Shown here in pieces: positions 58,065 to 59,539 of a stretch of DNA of 59,539 bases (positions are counted from its first letter, which is position 1; every line of letters starts with the position of its first letter). Location of the stretch: the NCBI GenBank assembly GCA_016869375.1, contig VGEH01000006.1, positions 1-59,539 of the forward strand, given 5' to 3'. The notes under the pieces are model-generated. The model saw nothing but the letters and a program-made list of their open reading frames with translations. It was not told where the DNA came from and did no database searches. The position numbers and the translations under genes were made by a program. Source of the stretch: Alphaproteobacteria bacterium (GTDB lineage: Bacteria; Pseudomonadota; Alphaproteobacteria; SHVZ01).

Positions 58065-59345
58065 CTAGTAGTGCAGCCGGACCGGCGGGCCGAGGCGGAT
58101 AGGCGCCTGCATCTCGCGCTGCGCCGATGCGCTCGAAGGGTCGACGATCACCGGAGCCGAGGCCGGCGCCGGGATGGTCGGGACGAGCGTGTGGATCGGC
58201 ACCGTCTTCGGCGTGGTGGCGATCGGGGCTTCCGCCTGCTGCTGCGGCTGACGCGGCGGCGCGGCGAACGGTGCATTGTCGTCGTTGCGCGGCACCATCG
58301 GCATCATCGTGCCATTGACGGGAACCTGCGCGGCCGGTGCGCGCGACGGTGCCCGTGTCTGCTCGCGGTTCAGCGACGCGGTGGACAGCGACGAATCGAC
58401 CGTGCGGTTCCCCTCGGTCGAGCGCGCCGCCGGCGCAATCATCTCGGCGCGCGACGGCTCGGTGATCCGACGCGGGGCGAGCGGCGTCGCTTCCGTCGGA
58501 CGGAAGGGCTCGGGCGTGCGGATATCGGCGTTCGAGAGCGTCGCCGCTTCGCCGGCGCGCGCGGGCCGTGTCGGCGAGGGGCGCGGCTCGACCGTCGACG
58601 CGACCGGGGTATTGGTGCTGGCCGGCGCGGGATTGAAGTGTCCGGAAGCGGCCGCCGATTCGAGCGCGGCGACGAGGCCGGGATTGATCTCTTCGCTACT
58701 CAGGCCTCTCTGCTCGCGGAACGCCTTGATCGCCGCACGGGTGCGCGACCCGACCCGCCCGTCGATTCCGCCGACGTCGTAGCCGAGATCGCTCAAGAGC
58801 CGCTGAGTGGCGAGCACCATGATCCGGTCAGGCGCTGCCGGGGGTTCCGCCTTCGGAGCTTCGGCCGCGACGGCGGGGCTGGTCGTCTCCGGCTTCCAGG
58901 CCTGCGTCGGCGGCGTTGGCGGCAGCGCCTCGCGCGGCGGCGCGACGGTCGCGACCTCCACGGGCGCAGCTGGCGCGGCGGTGGTCGCCTGAGCAACCGG
59001 AAAAGTCGCTTCCGGTGCCCGCTCGATCACCGCCTGCGGAACGCTCGCCCAGACCACCCCGGCGCCGATCAGCACGGTGGCTGCCGTCGCCCAGGCGGGT
59101 TTCATGGCGAAGGGCGATTTGTGCTCGATCTGCTCCTCACCCTCGTCCTCCATGAGGAGCAAGGGCTCGAGCTGCACCCAGAACCGGCGTTGGCGGAGCG
59201 CGATGTGGATGGCGCTCAGAACGAACCAGACCCCGGCGAAGATGCCGGCTGCCTTCACGACCGACAGGTCGAGGAATGGCAGGCTGAAGGCGGCTACGGC
59301 GGCTACCGAGGCGATCAGCGGGTGCAGGAAGAAGAGCTTCAGCAT
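58065..59345 (-). CDS. Membrane protein with a peptidoglycan-binding domain and Pro/Ala-rich linkers
   Basis: Three N-terminal hydrophobic segments. QRLLSDLGYDVGGIDGRVGSRTRAAIKAFREQRGL matches PG_binding_1. Confidence 0.75.
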   Translation of the reverse strand: MLKLFFLHPLIASVAAVAAFSLPFLDLSVVKAAGIFAGVWFVLSAIHIALRQRRFWVQLEPLLLMEDEGEEQIEHKSPFAMKPAWATAATVLIGAGVVWASVPQAVIERAPEATFPVAQATTAAPAAPVEVATVAPPREALPPTPPTQAWKPETTSPAVAAEAPKAEPPAAPDRIMVLATQRLLSDLGYDVGGIDGRVGSRTRAAIKAFREQRGLSSEEINPGLVAALESAAASGHFNPAPASTNTPVASTVEPRPSPTRPARAGEAATLSNADIRTPEPFRPTEATPLAPRRITEPSRAEMIAPAARSTEGNRTVDSSLSTASLNREQTRAPSRAPAAQVPVNGTMMPMVPRNDDNAPFAAPPRQPQQQAEAPIATTPKTVPIHTLVPTIPAPASAPVIVDPSSASAQREMQAPIRLGPPVRLHY

Positions 59346-59412
59346 AGACAACGGACGGCGCTTCTTGATCGCGCCGCAACGATGGCAGACTGCCGCTTGG
59401 GCGTTCAGACGG

Positions 59413-59539
59413 TGTGAATCGGCGTGGAATATTGACCCCGTTTTGGGGGTGATCGGCGTTGAATATTGACCCCCTGATTTTGTTGGTGATCGGCAAGCTG
59501 CCCGTTTTTGGTGAGACGGGTGGCGGGGATGTTGACAGT
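59413..59539 (+). mobile_element. IS21-family insertion sequence, left end (element continues beyond the window end)
   Basis: TGTGAATCGGCGTGGAATATTGACCCC with an internal repeat and ATG TTG ACA GT at 59529. It is an exact inverted copy of 1-127. Confidence 0.8.

Noticed and set aside
59400-59412. Target-site duplication shared by the two IS flanks
   Set aside because: In IS orientation the flanks (..TCACCCAC and ..TCAGACGG) do not match, as expected for independent insertions.

Overview
This is a GC-rich alphaproteobacterial (Rhodospirillales-like) chromosomal segment made mostly of core genes: zapE, mdh-sucCDAB-lpdA, xerC, fsa, priA, meaB, rpmB, atpHAGDC, pcaF, iolG, ampG, nth, nfu-tsaB-rimI-mucR-fur-olsB-olsA, mrcA-amiC and rne. 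Its first and last 127 bp are an exact inverted repeat. This repeat reads as the left end of an IS21-family element (TGT terminus, tandem internal repeats, start of a probable istA), so the window appears to be a contig running between two inverted IS copies. The left copy interrupts an MmeI-like type IIL restriction-modification gene that is coupled to an orphan antitoxin-like ORF. Two genes are broken in ways the ORF track hides: mdh has a 1-nt frameshift, and a TPR/GT41 O-GlcNAc-transferase-like gene has an in-frame TAG at codon 19. The best candidates for undescribed systems are a secreted N-terminal-His protein paired with a CopD-like membrane protein, a proline-4-hydroxylase-like dioxygenase paired with a SAF oxidoreductase, and a Cle-like receiver paired with an Hpt-like protein. 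I saw no CRISPR array, rRNA or tRNA. All family calls come from motif recognition by eye, not database searches.
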